In this document: positions 31,147 through 42,021 of the stretch, piece by piece
Numbering within the stretch: the stretch's first letter is position 1
Layout of the letters: every line of letters starts with the position of its first letter
DNA from: a virus
Lineage: Duplodnaviria > Caudoviricetes
Strand: one strand, 5' to 3'
Length of the DNA stretch: 55,967 bases
Virus record (IMG/VR): IMGVR_UViG_3300034894_000006
Span: 1 to 55,967 of that record
Made by a program: the position numbers and the translations under genes
The notes under the pieces: model-generated
What the model was told of the DNA's origin: nothing
Seen by the model: only the letters and a program-made list of their open reading frames with translations
Database searches by the model: none

Positions 31147-32953
31147 GCTGTTCTTCCTCTTGACTTACCCAATCAGCCATTAAGGCTCCTGCAGCAAATG
31201 TACCCTTGGGCATCAAAGGGGTATTAGGATCGTACCCACCCAGTGCTTGTAGTACCTTACGTCTTTGAGCAGACCCCATACCACGAAGTTTTACCAGAGC
31301 CGTTTCAGCAAGAGTTCGCTTCATCGCAGCTTGGGCTATATCGTGGCCAAAGAGAGCTTGACTAAGAATTCTATTCATATTCAAGGGCAATGTTTGACCT
31401 TTTCTCATAGAGCCTTGTAGGGCTTTAGCTACATCATATAGTTGATCTACTTGAGTAGCACGGTACGGATCAAGAGCTTCCACCACTTGTCTATTCTTGT
31501 TCATCGTGCGTTCATAACGTCGTATGAATTCATGAATATTAGGTGTAGTATCTATCAATGGCTCTACCACATCATATGTAAATTCCATACGTAGACCCTG
31601 CATAGCGGGGCTGTCTTTACCCAGTAGAGTATTAAGACGCTCTATAATATGAATAGCTTGCGGTCTAGCTCCAACAGAGCTGGCCCCGAAAATCCATTTA
31701 CGAACCTCTGCGCCTGTAGCCTCTTCGTTAAACACCATCTTATGTAGAGTTCTATCCACATCAAATAATTCTACATAACGTTGACGAATTTCGTAGGCAT
31801 TACGCCATGCCGCTAAGGCTTCCGGATCACCCACAATCATATCCTCATCGAAAGCTTTCTGAACCATCTCGTCCAAACGCTCTTTCAATATAGTCAAAGC
31901 AGCCTCTGTGCGAGCATGGGGGCGATGGGAGTCTGGAACACTACCAGGAGGTGGGGTATTGTATTTAAGACGTTCACGTAGGGTTTGTATGTACCCTAGA
32001 CGAACCCTACCCTCTGTTTTACCAATTTTAAGCCATTCTTTGAGGTGGCCTTGAATATCCGGCATTCTCCAGAAATCGAAGCCATTCTCAATGAGCTCAC
32101 GAGCTGTCTTTAACGATAATTCCCGAAACGAGGGAGCTCTTATTTCCGCTCTATGTGCACGAGCTTGCTCGAACGCTGTGTCTTGCTTCATAGACTCTAC
32201 ATTGTGTTCATGGCGTAGGTTTTGCAGCAGATTTTCGATATTCTCACCGTGGAACTCTACTGCACGATCTCGGGCACTAGGACCAAGCTGATCTACTATA
32301 CGTGGGCTATCTAGGTCTAAACCTAGATCCGCGGCACGCTTAAGCGTAGCCGCATCTGCAGCCCTTGCAGCGGAAGTACCTTTAAAGCCTTTTACACCGC
32401 CTATGACTTCAGGGAATCCAAAAATAGCTGTCTCTAGAGCAGCACTAGAGAGAGGGTTAGGACCATCAGGCCCCGTAGTAATCTCTTCAATCTTGGGGCG
32501 TATATAGTCGTTGATGGCTATATCCGAACCCTGGGCCATGACTTCGTTGATTTCCTGCGCTCCTGCGGTCTTAGGTTGGAATCCCCAGCCTTGAACTTCA
32601 CGGGTATACCTAGCGCCCTTATCACTGGGGCTTTCACCACCGGGAGCCATACCTGCAACAGTACCAAAAAGGCCTGCAATACCAGATGCTGGCGTAGTGA
32701 GCGCACTAGCTCCTGCTTGCATGGCTATCTGTCCGGCTTGAGCGAAAGGTTCATACGCTGCATACTCTTTTTGTGCCATACCCAATTGCTCATTCTGAGA
32801 TCTGGCCAGTGTATTCTCTGAAGGAGGCAAAGCCAAGTTCTGAGGATTACTAGTTATCTCATTGGCTTGAGCCATGAGGGCTTCCTCATTATCCCCTTCC
32901 AGAGTATACTGCTTACCGTTGTGAGTGAATCTATATGTAAGTTTCTTGGCCAT
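31115..32953 (-). CDS. Internal virion / DNA ejection protein
   Basis: Large helical protein, third in a P22-like ejection gene trio. Confidence 0.55.
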   Translation of the reverse strand: MAKKLTYRFTHNGKQYTLEGDNEEALMAQANEITSNPQNLALPPSENTLARSQNEQLGMAQKEYAAYEPFAQAGQIAMQAGASALTTPASGIAGLFGTVAGMAPGGESPSDKGARYTREVQGWGFQPKTAGAQEINEVMAQGSDIAINDYIRPKIEEITTGPDGPNPLSSAALETAIFGFPEVIGGVKGFKGTSAARAADAATLKRAADLGLDLDSPRIVDQLGPSARDRAVEFHGENIENLLQNLRHEHNVESMKQDTAFEQARAHRAEIRAPSFRELSLKTARELIENGFDFWRMPDIQGHLKEWLKIGKTEGRVRLGYIQTLRERLKYNTPPPGSVPDSHRPHARTEAALTILKERLDEMVQKAFDEDMIVGDPEALAAWRNAYEIRQRYVELFDVDRTLHKMVFNEEATGAEVRKWIFGASSVGARPQAIHIIERLNTLLGKDSPAMQGLRMEFTYDVVEPLIDTTPNIHEFIRRYERTMNKNRQVVEALDPYRATQVDQLYDVAKALQGSMRKGQTLPLNMNRILSQALFGHDIAQAAMKRTLAETALVKLRGMGSAQRRKVLQALGGYDPNTPLMPKGTFAAGALMADWVSQEEEQRARNVAPEAE

Positions 32954-34146
32954 TACTCTTCCGATTCTGTAACTGTTATTTTGACTCCGCTACTCGAAGT
33001 TGTTGTTCTACTACGAGGGGCCACCGCTCTTTCAATATCGGCAAGCCCAAGATCTCCCGCGAATTGCTTACGTGTGCCATCTGGATTCTTATTACGAATA
33101 CCCCAATTAATACGGAAAGTTCTATCAACTTGCCGTGCAGTATCCAAGAAGGCTTGTTTCATCGAATTAGTATCTCTACTACCCGCGCCAATGATCTGTA
33201 GGAATCGTTCCACGTCATTATTGGACACGTCTCTACCAGCAGCTTCCGCCACAGCCTTAGCTGCTTGGAACGCAAGAGAGATAGAGATAGCCTTAATACG
33301 TGTATTGGAAACACCCAGTAGGAACGGAGAGCTATCATATTCTTCCAAGGACTTAACAGGATCTTTAGGATCTGTGTTGTTAGCAATCTGCCTATATAAA
33401 GCACCTAGTTCCTGCTCCATGTTGTTCAGAAAACCCGCGCCCTGAGCCACGAATGTAGCAGCATCAGGGGACGCATTAAGAAGGTTGACGTAATCTAGGC
33501 CAGTACGCAGGAAGCTTTCTGTATTGGCTTCCGCATTACGCAGCATTGTTTGTTCATTCTTGGGTATACCGCCCTCAAGGCCAGTACCAAGGTCACCACG
33601 ACCAAAGAGGACATTAGGTCCTACCAGCTTCTTCCAGGCACTAGGGTCACTAGCATCAACGGAACCCCGCTGATTAGTTTCTGTATTAATCCAGTTCCAC
33701 GGAATATCCGGATCTGTGGTAGCCTTCATTGTGGCTATGGCACGAACAGCTCGTGGGTTGAACTGAGACAAAGCATGGCCCCTAGCGGGTATCTGGTTAG
33801 CGTCTCGTGCATTATCGTACAAGCGCTTTGCACCTTCCATGTCATCAGGATTAAGTTCAATATAACGCTGTACTGCAGCAATCTGATCAAAGAATTTATC
33901 TGCAGCTTGGCGTTGATCATCACTTATTTGTCGAGACAGTTCCCCCCACCGCGCTTGCATGTTACCGGCCGCGATTCCAAGTTCATCCGTTTTTTGCGAT
34001 GCTTCGGATTGACCCGTGGCATCGTAATAATTTGCGGACTGTTCTGTAATACGAGCAGCAGCAGTGTTTTGCCGATTAGCAATCTGCATTGCGCGCAACT
34101 CAGAAGGTAAACGCTGTCTAGCAGCTACATCATAAAAAGCGGGCAT
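32953..34146 (-). CDS. Internal virion / DNA ejection protein
   Basis: TAATG coupling; position; DVSNNDVE block. Confidence 0.55.
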   Translation of the reverse strand: MPAFYDVAARQRLPSELRAMQIANRQNTAAARITEQSANYYDATGQSEASQKTDELGIAAGNMQARWGELSRQISDDQRQAADKFFDQIAAVQRYIELNPDDMEGAKRLYDNARDANQIPARGHALSQFNPRAVRAIATMKATTDPDIPWNWINTETNQRGSVDASDPSAWKKLVGPNVLFGRGDLGTGLEGGIPKNEQTMLRNAEANTESFLRTGLDYVNLLNASPDAATFVAQGAGFLNNMEQELGALYRQIANNTDPKDPVKSLEEYDSSPFLLGVSNTRIKAISISLAFQAAKAVAEAAGRDVSNNDVERFLQIIGAGSRDTNSMKQAFLDTARQVDRTFRINWGIRNKNPDGTRKQFAGDLGLADIERAVAPRSRTTTSSSGVKITVTESEE

Positions 34147-35558
34147 TATCCTCTCCTACCTCCACCAACACTAGACCAATCGAAGTTACCCAACCTCTGG
34201 GCTAGATCCATAAGTACATTACCTTTAGCAGTATATGCACTAGCATTAGCGAGCCCCTGACTCTGGGCGGCATCGCCAGCCATAGTGGCGTAATTTATCA
34301 TAGCATTCTGTGAGTTAGCGGTAGCACCTTGGCCGTATCCCGCTACTTGAGCTATGCGGTTATAAATATTTGAGTATTCTTGGCTTGCAAAGTTACCAGC
34401 AAGTTGTAAAGCGCTTCTACCAAATCCACCGCTTATTAATCCACCTCTAGCTGCGGCACTATTCTCAAGTGCGCGCATACTCTCATCTCTACGGAACTGA
34501 TAGCTAGGATCGTTGTTCAATAGCTCCTGCTGATTTACAGGAGTACCGCCTAGACCTGTCATACCAAGCATCCTATCTAGCGCTGTTCTGGAGGCATCGT
34601 AGAATGGTTGATTGAGTTCTAGGGCCTTATCTCGACTTTCCCTAGCAAAATCTAATACCGCTTGATTAGATCGTTCCTGGGCATCTGCCGCATCATTAGC
34701 TGCGTTAGTACCGATAGCTCCAGTGATTAGATCTGTAATTAGAGGAAGCCAGTTTTGAAATCCACCACTAATAGCGTTTTCTATTCCTGATAAATCAGGC
34801 GTGCCCCCTGTGGGCGTACTTGAAGTGGGATTGGTAGTAGGGGTAGTTGTGGAGGTAGTAACATCAGGTATTGTATTAGCTGCCGCTCCCGCAGCACCAC
34901 CAACTACTCCGGCTGTCCCGGGTCCCATAGCAATTCCAGAAGCTGCGGCAGTACCAGGAGCTACAGCACCTGCGGGTATACTAGGACCTAATCCACTCGC
35001 GACAGCTCCCGTAGAAGCTACACTACTGGGAAGAGTGATACCAGTTAAAGCTTCTCCTGTCCCGGCAAGAGTCCCTTGAGGCCCCATGCCTTCTGAAATG
35101 AGGGCTCCTAAATCTTGAGTGCCTGCTGTAGCGACTCCTGCTGCACCTGCCCCACCTAGCGATGCCACAAGTCCACCTAGTCCAACGGCCGCAGGCCCTA
35201 GAACCTGCGCTAACTCTGGGTTACCAAACTGCCCCCCAGGCGTGTACTGTGCTGCAATTGCATTTATGAGCGACGTTATATCGCCACTATTTATTGCCAT
35301 AGCAAGTGTTCGATGGGCCCCTTGGTTATATCCTGGCCCAAGTTGGCCTCTTTGTATTGCAGCTTGCGCCTCTTGTGTGGCACGATCCCAGATCTCTTGA
35401 GTAGTCCAATCTGGAGCAGGTATACCTGTTGTATTTGTAGATTGCTGAGTTAGCCCTAGAACATTCTCTATAGTAGACGGGTAGTAACCTGTTGGCGATG
35501 ATTCCGCAGATTGCGCCCCCATAGATTGCAAAAGATATTGAAAATATTCGTCATCCAT
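34146..35558 (-). CDS. DNA pilot / ejection protein (P22 gp7-like C-terminal half)
   Basis: Gly/Ala-rich; QPFYD, DPSYQF, ENSAAARGGLISG; start reassigned to MDDEYF (TAATG coupling). Confidence 0.7.
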   Translation of the reverse strand: MDDEYFQYLLQSMGAQSAESSPTGYYPSTIENVLGLTQQSTNTTGIPAPDWTTQEIWDRATQEAQAAIQRGQLGPGYNQGAHRTLAMAINSGDITSLINAIAAQYTPGGQFGNPELAQVLGPAAVGLGGLVASLGGAGAAGVATAGTQDLGALISEGMGPQGTLAGTGEALTGITLPSSVASTGAVASGLGPSIPAGAVAPGTAAASGIAMGPGTAGVVGGAAGAAANTIPDVTTSTTTPTTNPTSSTPTGGTPDLSGIENAISGGFQNWLPLITDLITGAIGTNAANDAADAQERSNQAVLDFARESRDKALELNQPFYDASRTALDRMLGMTGLGGTPVNQQELLNNDPSYQFRRDESMRALENSAAARGGLISGGFGRSALQLAGNFASQEYSNIYNRIAQVAGYGQGATANSQNAMINYATMAGDAAQSQGLANASAYTAKGNVLMDLAQRLGNFDWSSVGGGRRG

Positions 35559-36028
35559 TATGTGTTGTTCTTTAAATAAATAAGAGGACCTTGTAGTCCT
35601 TTGGTACCTGTATTGGTCCAACCTGTAGAACTAAATTCTACCCGCGGGTTGGGTAGTACGACTACGCTAGATATATACATAGTAACTGTACCCGAGGTGC
35701 TAATTTCTGCCTTAGCCAAAACATCATTGCCACTATCTTGTGCTATACACGTAAGATATACCGTAGCTTCTGGCCAGATATTCTCAGGTATCGTAAAAGT
35801 GAATCCTGTTGCGTTGGAAGTTCCACCACTAGCCCCCTCTATAATAATTAGGGCATCTAGAACTCTATACATTATTGCGGTAGGGTCCGCACTAAATCCC
35901 GTATAGGTAGGAGTAGCATCATAGGTAGGGCCAAACTTACCTTCGCGGTATAAGCGTTCGACTTCTTGCCATTGCTCTCCCTCTAAATACGGATTACTTA
36001 AAAATCCAGGTCTAACTCGTCTAGCCAC
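35558..36028 (-). CDS. Putative tail-associated protein
   Basis: Position; beta-rich, F..P...WP pattern. Confidence 0.5.
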   Translation of the reverse strand: MARRVRPGFLSNPYLEGEQWQEVERLYREGKFGPTYDATPTYTGFSADPTAIMYRVLDALIIIEGASGGTSNATGFTFTIPENIWPEATVYLTCIAQDSGNDVLAKAEISTSGTVTMYISSVVVLPNPRVEFSSTGWTNTGTKGLQGPLIYLKNNT

Positions 36029-37548
36029 TATTTAACCTTAGAAGGACCCAATTTGTCTTCTCCATATAACCTTCCATATAATCCTTTTATAACTATTTTA
36101 CCTGTGGTAGTAGAGGCAACTCTAAAAATCCAATTATGACCTTTACCAAACTTGCGTCTAATAAGGCGTCTATCGTAGTCAGGAGAACTTCCAGATGTAT
36201 CTAGTGCCAAACTTTTTGCAACCCAAGTGTGCCCGCCATCTTTAGAATAAGACAACGACACAGTACTAGATGTATCTCCGCCACCCTCCTCTGTATCTAA
36301 TTGCACTTCTGAGAAACGAATCACGGCTTCATTTTCCGCGCAGATAGCAGGGCCTGTAACTCTACGATTCATCGCAGTACCATTAGTGCCGGTACTCCCA
36401 CCGAAGGTATAGTTACCAGTTCCAGATAGTTTGTATATTTTTCCGTCATCTTCCGAGGAGCCCAAAAATATAACACCTGCTGATCCCGAGATACCACTAG
36501 CCGTCCCCTGTACCGCTCCAAAAATAGGCTCATCTATAGGCTCATCACCACTAAATGTGCCTGATCGTTGGTGCCACATTTTGGTGGAAGCATCGTAGGC
36601 TAGAGTCATACTTTCACCCACAGTTATAATATAAAATTCGTGGCCTAGATATGTGAGTACATAAGCTCTGGGATAAAAAGCTAAAGCATTAGCAGCATTA
36701 GCCATCATAGTGGAAACCTGAGGGGTAGAAATTACTTCTACTTCATTAAGTCCCCTAAGACGTACAACTCTAAAGGTGCCTGATTTATCTCGACTCAGCC
36801 ACACTAGACTATTATCAAAACGCTTTAATGAAAGCGGTCCCCAGATACCGTGTTTTAGGTGAGCATATCTAGAGAATATAAATTCTCCATCTCCTTGGTT
36901 ATACCAAATCTCTCCGTTTTCGTCGCCTAGAAAGTATACTAAACCACCGAATTCTTCCATAGCTCTTATGGGACTAGTCATAGATTCACATGTAGCTAAG
37001 TCAGCAGCATCCCAAGTTAAACCATCGTTCAGATTGCTCCATTGAAATCTTCCATTAGTAGCAAGTTTATTTACAAGAAAACGACCATTGATATAACAGC
37101 AAGTTGTAATGCCAGTGGTTGGAAAATCACCATCGGATATCGTAGTAAATGTATTTGTGTCACAATCGAATATAAAGCCATCCGAAGTATCTACAATGAA
37201 TATTTCCGAAGTGTTAGGATTAAATGCCATAGCCAAAAGTTGTCCGGCTGCGGAAGTAATATCCCCTCTATCCGTTACATTGCCATTAGTAGAGTCTATT
37301 TCATAGAAATCATCATCAGCTACTACATAGAGATTATTGTCTAGCTGGTTAAATAGCATACCTCTAATAGCCTTAGTGTTTGTTACCGTAGCGGCCAAGA
37401 TATTACCATTAGTGGGTAACAAAGCACCTTGATGAGACTCACCATCCATCGGTTGCTCGTAGTAAAAATTAATGCACTCCATGCTGGAAACATTGGTACT
37501 AATACCCTTGATTCCACCACCGGAACTAGCTAGTAGAGGTACTCGCAT
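36028..37548 (-). CDS. Tail nozzle / packaged-DNA stabilisation protein (P22 gp10-like)
   Basis: About 500-aa propeller-like protein; INFY, LAYD..TK.WH, LSYSKDGG.TW. Confidence 0.78.
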   Translation of the reverse strand: MRVPLLASSGGGIKGISTNVSSMECINFYYEQPMDGESHQGALLPTNGNILAATVTNTKAIRGMLFNQLDNNLYVVADDDFYEIDSTNGNVTDRGDITSAAGQLLAMAFNPNTSEIFIVDTSDGFIFDCDTNTFTTISDGDFPTTGITTCCYINGRFLVNKLATNGRFQWSNLNDGLTWDAADLATCESMTSPIRAMEEFGGLVYFLGDENGEIWYNQGDGEFIFSRYAHLKHGIWGPLSLKRFDNSLVWLSRDKSGTFRVVRLRGLNEVEVISTPQVSTMMANAANALAFYPRAYVLTYLGHEFYIITVGESMTLAYDASTKMWHQRSGTFSGDEPIDEPIFGAVQGTASGISGSAGVIFLGSSEDDGKIYKLSGTGNYTFGGSTGTNGTAMNRRVTGPAICAENEAVIRFSEVQLDTEEGGGDTSSTVSLSYSKDGGHTWVAKSLALDTSGSSPDYDRRLIRRKFGKGHNWIFRVASTTTGKIVIKGLYGRLYGEDKLGPSKVK

Positions 37549-38568
37549 TTAGCCTTCGCTCTTTTCAAATATCACAGAAGCATTCTCAACTTCAGAGTCA
37601 AAGAAGTTCATCTTCTTAGTCTCAGCTATAGTCCACAATCTCTTTTGTTCAGCTTCAGATAAGCCATACTCAGCCGCTATCTCCGCGGCTAAGCACCAAC
37701 TTAAGGCATTTAGACCGTTTGGGGGAATAGCAAATGTATTGGAAGTGGCATCCAAGTCCTGAATAGGCTTAGCTATTACTAACTCAATTACATCCAAATC
37801 CTCTAAAGGACCTTGCGGCCATATGTGAATATCTGAACTATCGTGAAGTTTCTTGTGATAAAGCTTCAAAGGTGTTCCATTTTGATTTCGTAGAGATAGC
37901 TCATGAAATTCTTCATCTCCCACTATTTCTATAGACGATGTTTTCTCTCCTTCATACGCTGAGGCATAATCTGCCTCTGCTTGATTAGTATATAGAACTC
38001 TGGCACTTAATATGGAAGATATAGGACCTTGATATCTATTAACCAGAGCTGTTGTATACACCTTTTTACCAGCCGCCGAAGCTCCTACTGTATTACTTCC
38101 TAGTGTAACGACATTTGCAGCAGGAGCACCATTAACAGTTGTCGCATATATTAAGTTATCATCCTGCTTTATGAGAATATGATCAGCATTAGCTATCAAC
38201 TGGTCATCTGTTACAGTCACCGAACCCGCAGCGGCGGCTACACTTGATGCAAGAGTAGTTATATTATAGTTGAATAACAAATAAGTAGTAGTATTTGCTG
38301 TATTGTATACAGCTCTAGTTGACTGCGGATTAAATATACTAAATGTTCTTGTACTTAAGAACAAGTACGCTGTCTCTACTGTATACGGAGCGAAACCTTC
38401 ATTGGTCCATTCTTTTACTAACAGATTTAAAATCTGTAGAGCTTGCGTTTCTTCTGTACTATTTATAGTTTCCTCAGGATCATATACTCCAAGTCTACGA
38501 AGTGCCACTGCAATAACATTGGCCGCCGTAACGGAATCACCATAATTGTAAGAGCCTGATGTTGCCAT
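37549..38568 (-). CDS. Head-tail adaptor (P22 gp4-like) with inserted beta domain
   Basis: ALRRLGV...LN.LV.EW at the N-terminus; AL.W.LAAEIA.EYG at the C-terminus. Confidence 0.72.
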   Translation of the reverse strand: MATSGSYNYGDSVTAANVIAVALRRLGVYDPEETINSTEETQALQILNLLVKEWTNEGFAPYTVETAYLFLSTRTFSIFNPQSTRAVYNTANTTTYLLFNYNITTLASSVAAAAGSVTVTDDQLIANADHILIKQDDNLIYATTVNGAPAANVVTLGSNTVGASAAGKKVYTTALVNRYQGPISSILSARVLYTNQAEADYASAYEGEKTSSIEIVGDEEFHELSLRNQNGTPLKLYHKKLHDSSDIHIWPQGPLEDLDVIELVIAKPIQDLDATSNTFAIPPNGLNALSWCLAAEIAAEYGLSEAEQKRLWTIAETKKMNFFDSEVENASVIFEKSEG

Positions 38569-40049
38569 TAATATCTCCTGCGACGGCGACGTCTATTCCA
38601 GTGAGCTGAAGAACTACCACTGCTAGAAGCCGCTGGATTAAGTATTACGTTATTGAGTCTTAGGACTGGTCTGTACGTAAACAAGAATTTAGATTTAGTA
38701 CTGGCACTCTCAACTCTACTAATTGCTGCATTGTTATCTGTAATAGTCTTAGTTACAACTGTAGCAGTTATTGCGGACCCTACTATTAGAGTAGCCGCAA
38801 ACTCTGTAACGGTCTTAGTAACAGATGTTGCCGAGTAAGTAGTATCATGAATTGCAGCAAAGCTATCGATACTCTTAGATACTGTTGTAGCCCCAATACT
38901 AACATTACCACTAAAATTAGTGGTAGCCGCTCTAGGAACTATATCTAAAGTTATACTAGTAGCAGTTAAGTTGGTGTTAGTAAATGCAGATACAGTAGCT
39001 TGATTCTCAGTAACCGACTTAGTTACAGAAGTTCCGCCAAACAAGAAGTGTTGTGTAAGCTGCTGGGCCTCTATATTTAGGGGTATCGAGGTAGCAATAA
39101 TCCGTAGAACTATTTCTACAACTGCGTTTTTAGGAGTTCTAGATATAGCCTGATGTGTTGCAAAGAAACTTAGACCTGCTTGAACTACTGCATTGTTGGC
39201 TTGTAGATTTTTACTTGCGCTATTAGCATTTATAACAGGGGCGGAGCCAACGATGGCATTATTACTTTGTAGGTTTTTACTGGACGATGTACCTATAAGA
39301 GCGGTCTCTAGTAAAAAAGAAGCATTAAAAGCTTGATTGTTTTTAGAGACTACAGCGCTTTGAGTAATGTTTGTTCCAGTAGCATCTGGATTAAACGAGA
39401 CACTACTAGCGGCAATCGACTCAGCCATACCCGCCACTAGATCGGCAGTTATAGTTAGCGGCGTAGAGGCCGCACCTAGATCACTACTTGCCCCAGAGAA
39501 TAAATCGTCTCCGAATACATTAACGCCATCGAAGCGTTCAGTAAGACCAGCCCAGGTTGTGGTAAGGGTACCGTCAGAATACGAAATAAGAGCTGCGGCC
39601 GCCGTACCACCAGATACAGTATTAACACTTACATTAGGATCGTTACCAGAAGCATTTGTAGTAGCTAGTAGGGTGTCTGCATCATTCAAATTCCAAAGAG
39701 CACAAAACCCTGCAAAGTTATCACCGCCTGCTGTAGCACTATAAGTCGCTACAACGTTAAATGATGTACTAGCCGTTCCTGCGGCTCTATACCACGTAAT
39801 ATGAGCAGCGGTATTTCCACCATCATCTGCTCCCCTAGAAACAGTGCCTACCCTTGTGGCGGATTGACCATCAATAGTAACTGCGCTAAAATCACAAGTT
39901 GCAGCATTAGAGCCAATGCCCGCAACCGCTACTAATCTTTCTTGTCCTGCAGCTGATGCAACGGTAGCAAAGGCAAATGTATAAGTACCACTTGCACCTA
40001 TAGTTCCACTATCGGTGTCAGTTGCTTGAAATACTAGTGATGCTGCCAT
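38568..40049 (-). CDS. Ala/Thr/Ser-rich putative structural (fibre-like) protein with poly-Arg tail
   Basis: Composition and position; ends HWNRRRRRRRY. Confidence 0.55.
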   Translation of the reverse strand: MAASLVFQATDTDSGTIGASGTYTFAFATVASAAGQERLVAVAGIGSNAATCDFSAVTIDGQSATRVGTVSRGADDGGNTAAHITWYRAAGTASTSFNVVATYSATAGGDNFAGFCALWNLNDADTLLATTNASGNDPNVSVNTVSGGTAAAALISYSDGTLTTTWAGLTERFDGVNVFGDDLFSGASSDLGAASTPLTITADLVAGMAESIAASSVSFNPDATGTNITQSAVVSKNNQAFNASFLLETALIGTSSSKNLQSNNAIVGSAPVINANSASKNLQANNAVVQAGLSFFATHQAISRTPKNAVVEIVLRIIATSIPLNIEAQQLTQHFLFGGTSVTKSVTENQATVSAFTNTNLTATSITLDIVPRAATTNFSGNVSIGATTVSKSIDSFAAIHDTTYSATSVTKTVTEFAATLIVGSAITATVVTKTITDNNAAISRVESASTKSKFLFTYRPVLRLNNVILNPAASSSGSSSAHWNRRRRRRRY

Positions 40050-40053
40050 TTAA

Positions 40054-40497
40054 TTACCATATGGGCTCTGCATCTGCAGAAGCCTGTTTAACAATAGTCG
40101 CAGTACCGTTGGAACTATAGAGAACTGCTTGTCTAGGCCAATACTCTATTCCACCTTCTACTCGACGAATAATTGGTATTCCATTCTCTATACTTCCTGA
40201 AGCGAATGGTTTAATTTTTAGAACTTCTCGTACTTCTTCTGGAGAATTTCCGGCTCTATACGAACACCCAACTCTTCCACCTACCAGCACGTTTCGCATA
40301 TTCTCATCCTCTTGTATTCCATACACTTGAGGATTTAGAAGACCGTCACACCAATAGCGGTCTTCCTCTTGTTTTAAAGCTTTACAAGCACCGTTAATCC
40401 AAAGATTATGTCTTTTAGATAATGGGCACGGGGAAAATCTGCAACAATCTCCGCACCCATTGCATTCTGCCCCAAACCCTGGATATTTAACGGGCAT
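40054..40497 (-). CDS. Cys-cluster protein (YkgJ-like Fe-S/Zn binding)
   Basis: CNGCGDCC...C...C...YWC...GC. Confidence 0.6.
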   Translation of the reverse strand: MPVKYPGFGAECNGCGDCCRFSPCPLSKRHNLWINGACKALKQEEDRYWCDGLLNPQVYGIQEDENMRNVLVGGRVGCSYRAGNSPEEVREVLKIKPFASGSIENGIPIIRRVEGGIEYWPRQAVLYSSNGTATIVKQASADAEPIW

Positions 40498-41830
40498 CCG
40501 ATCCGGCGTCTCTAGGAGATGTTCTTAGGTCTCCATCCCAATCCAACAGCACGTTGGAATTCGTAACAGAGCCTGGAACATAGTCATCCGCGGCTGTAGA
40601 ACCTACAGCGCCTGAGAGATGATAGTCACCGGATGCACCATCAGACGTATTGACGTAAGGCAGCGCCCCAATTAGGATATTACCATTTAAGGCTGTTCCA
40701 CATCTAGAACTTCCCAAATATATATTATAGAAGTACTGGGCCCCAGACTCACACGATACCACTTCCCCTATAAGATTTCCTATGTACCAAATATTAGTGC
40801 AAGTTAGGTCAGAATCCTCATTGCCTGGGCCTGTGCCACCAGCAAAAGAGTTGAAACGAATATACACAACACCACTAGGGCACGAACCATTAAGGCCCCA
40901 TTTCAGGTTAGCGTTTGCTGATCCGTTAGAGCCCCACCAATTGTTATCAAATATCCAGGTGCCCGCCATATCTTGGCTATTAAGGGCTATACCATTTGTT
41001 ATGCAATTCCAAAAGTGATTGTACCTAAGAGTAACATTGTTACCTCCATTAGACCAAATACACTCGAAGTGCGCACCATCTGTAATCTCGAAATCGTGAA
41101 TCGTGTTATTTTCTATAACAATATTTGTGGCACCGTCAACGATCTTATTTTTACCTTCCTGAGGAGCATTGGTGTACTGGTTGCGGCAATCAAAACCAGT
41201 ACCTCCTGCTGTTCGGCAAGGTCCCCAATCACCGTTTCGAATAGTGACGTTAGTCGGGCCGCCTTCGCTGCCGCATCCCGGATAACCACCACCAATACCA
41301 AACGACCCGCCATCAAACCCATCTATGATAATATCGTGAGCATCGTGTTCAATATCGATACCCCACACAACATCAATATCCCACATTGTAATATTATCAG
41401 GGCTAATGTTGTTACAATTACCTATATCTGTACCTAGACGTATATGTCTGAATGTAGCACGCTGGCCTGCTTCTGACCTAAACACAATAGGCGTATTCGA
41501 CGCACACGCAGTAGCGCTAGCGTCTTCTAAGATTACTTGATCTTGGTCTGCACCAGTAGAATAATCTGCTCCTATAATACGGACAACGTCGCCACATTGA
41601 GCTGCTTCGTATGCAAGAGCAAGTGTATTACAAGCCTGAGAATCTATATAGGCTCCCGGTGTACTCTGGCGCGCACAGTTACCGCCATTTGCATCAAACC
41701 AAAAATTTCCTAGCCCGTTATCACCACCAGTATCATCGTCAATGATAGTGCCAGTAGCTGTAATATCAGCAAAGGCCGGCGCGCTTAAGGCTATACTAAC
41801 AGCTAAAGCAAGTGGTTTTATTAGGGACAT
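40487..41830 (-). CDS. Right-handed beta-helix (pectin-lyase-like) protein with signal peptide
   Basis: MSLIKPLALAVSIALSAPAFA; CNTL..A, GDVV.I, repeated N.TI.N coils, DYHL..S.A.D, D.DG..R...DAGS. Confidence 0.75.
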   Translation of the reverse strand: MSLIKPLALAVSIALSAPAFADITATGTIIDDDTGGDNGLGNFWFDANGGNCARQSTPGAYIDSQACNTLALAYEAAQCGDVVRIIGADYSTGADQDQVILEDASATACASNTPIVFRSEAGQRATFRHIRLGTDIGNCNNISPDNITMWDIDVVWGIDIEHDAHDIIIDGFDGGSFGIGGGYPGCGSEGGPTNVTIRNGDWGPCRTAGGTGFDCRNQYTNAPQEGKNKIVDGATNIVIENNTIHDFEITDGAHFECIWSNGGNNVTLRYNHFWNCITNGIALNSQDMAGTWIFDNNWWGSNGSANANLKWGLNGSCPSGVVYIRFNSFAGGTGPGNEDSDLTCTNIWYIGNLIGEVVSCESGAQYFYNIYLGSSRCGTALNGNILIGALPYVNTSDGASGDYHLSGAVGSTAADDYVPGSVTNSNVLLDWDGDLRTSPRDAGSDAR

Positions 41831-42021
41831 ATTAAAATGAAGCCACCAGTATCTAGACCATCAGGGCCTCTTACTTTGGCTTTGACTGTGTAAGTACCTG
41901 AATCATATTCGTCACAATCTATACGAATAGTTACAGATTCTCTATAAGTATTTAACTGAGCACTAGAACACCCACCTAAAATTAGTAAGCCGCATAGTAA
42001 AAGTTTCGTCATCCTCTTCAT
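41821..42021 (-). CDS. Small putative lipoprotein
   Basis: Basic N-terminus, hydrophobic stretch, LGGC lipobox; AGGAG SD. Confidence 0.5.
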   Translation of the reverse strand: MKRMTKLLLCGLLILGGCSSAQLNTYRESVTIRIDCDEYDSGTYTVKAKVRGPDGLDTGGFILICP

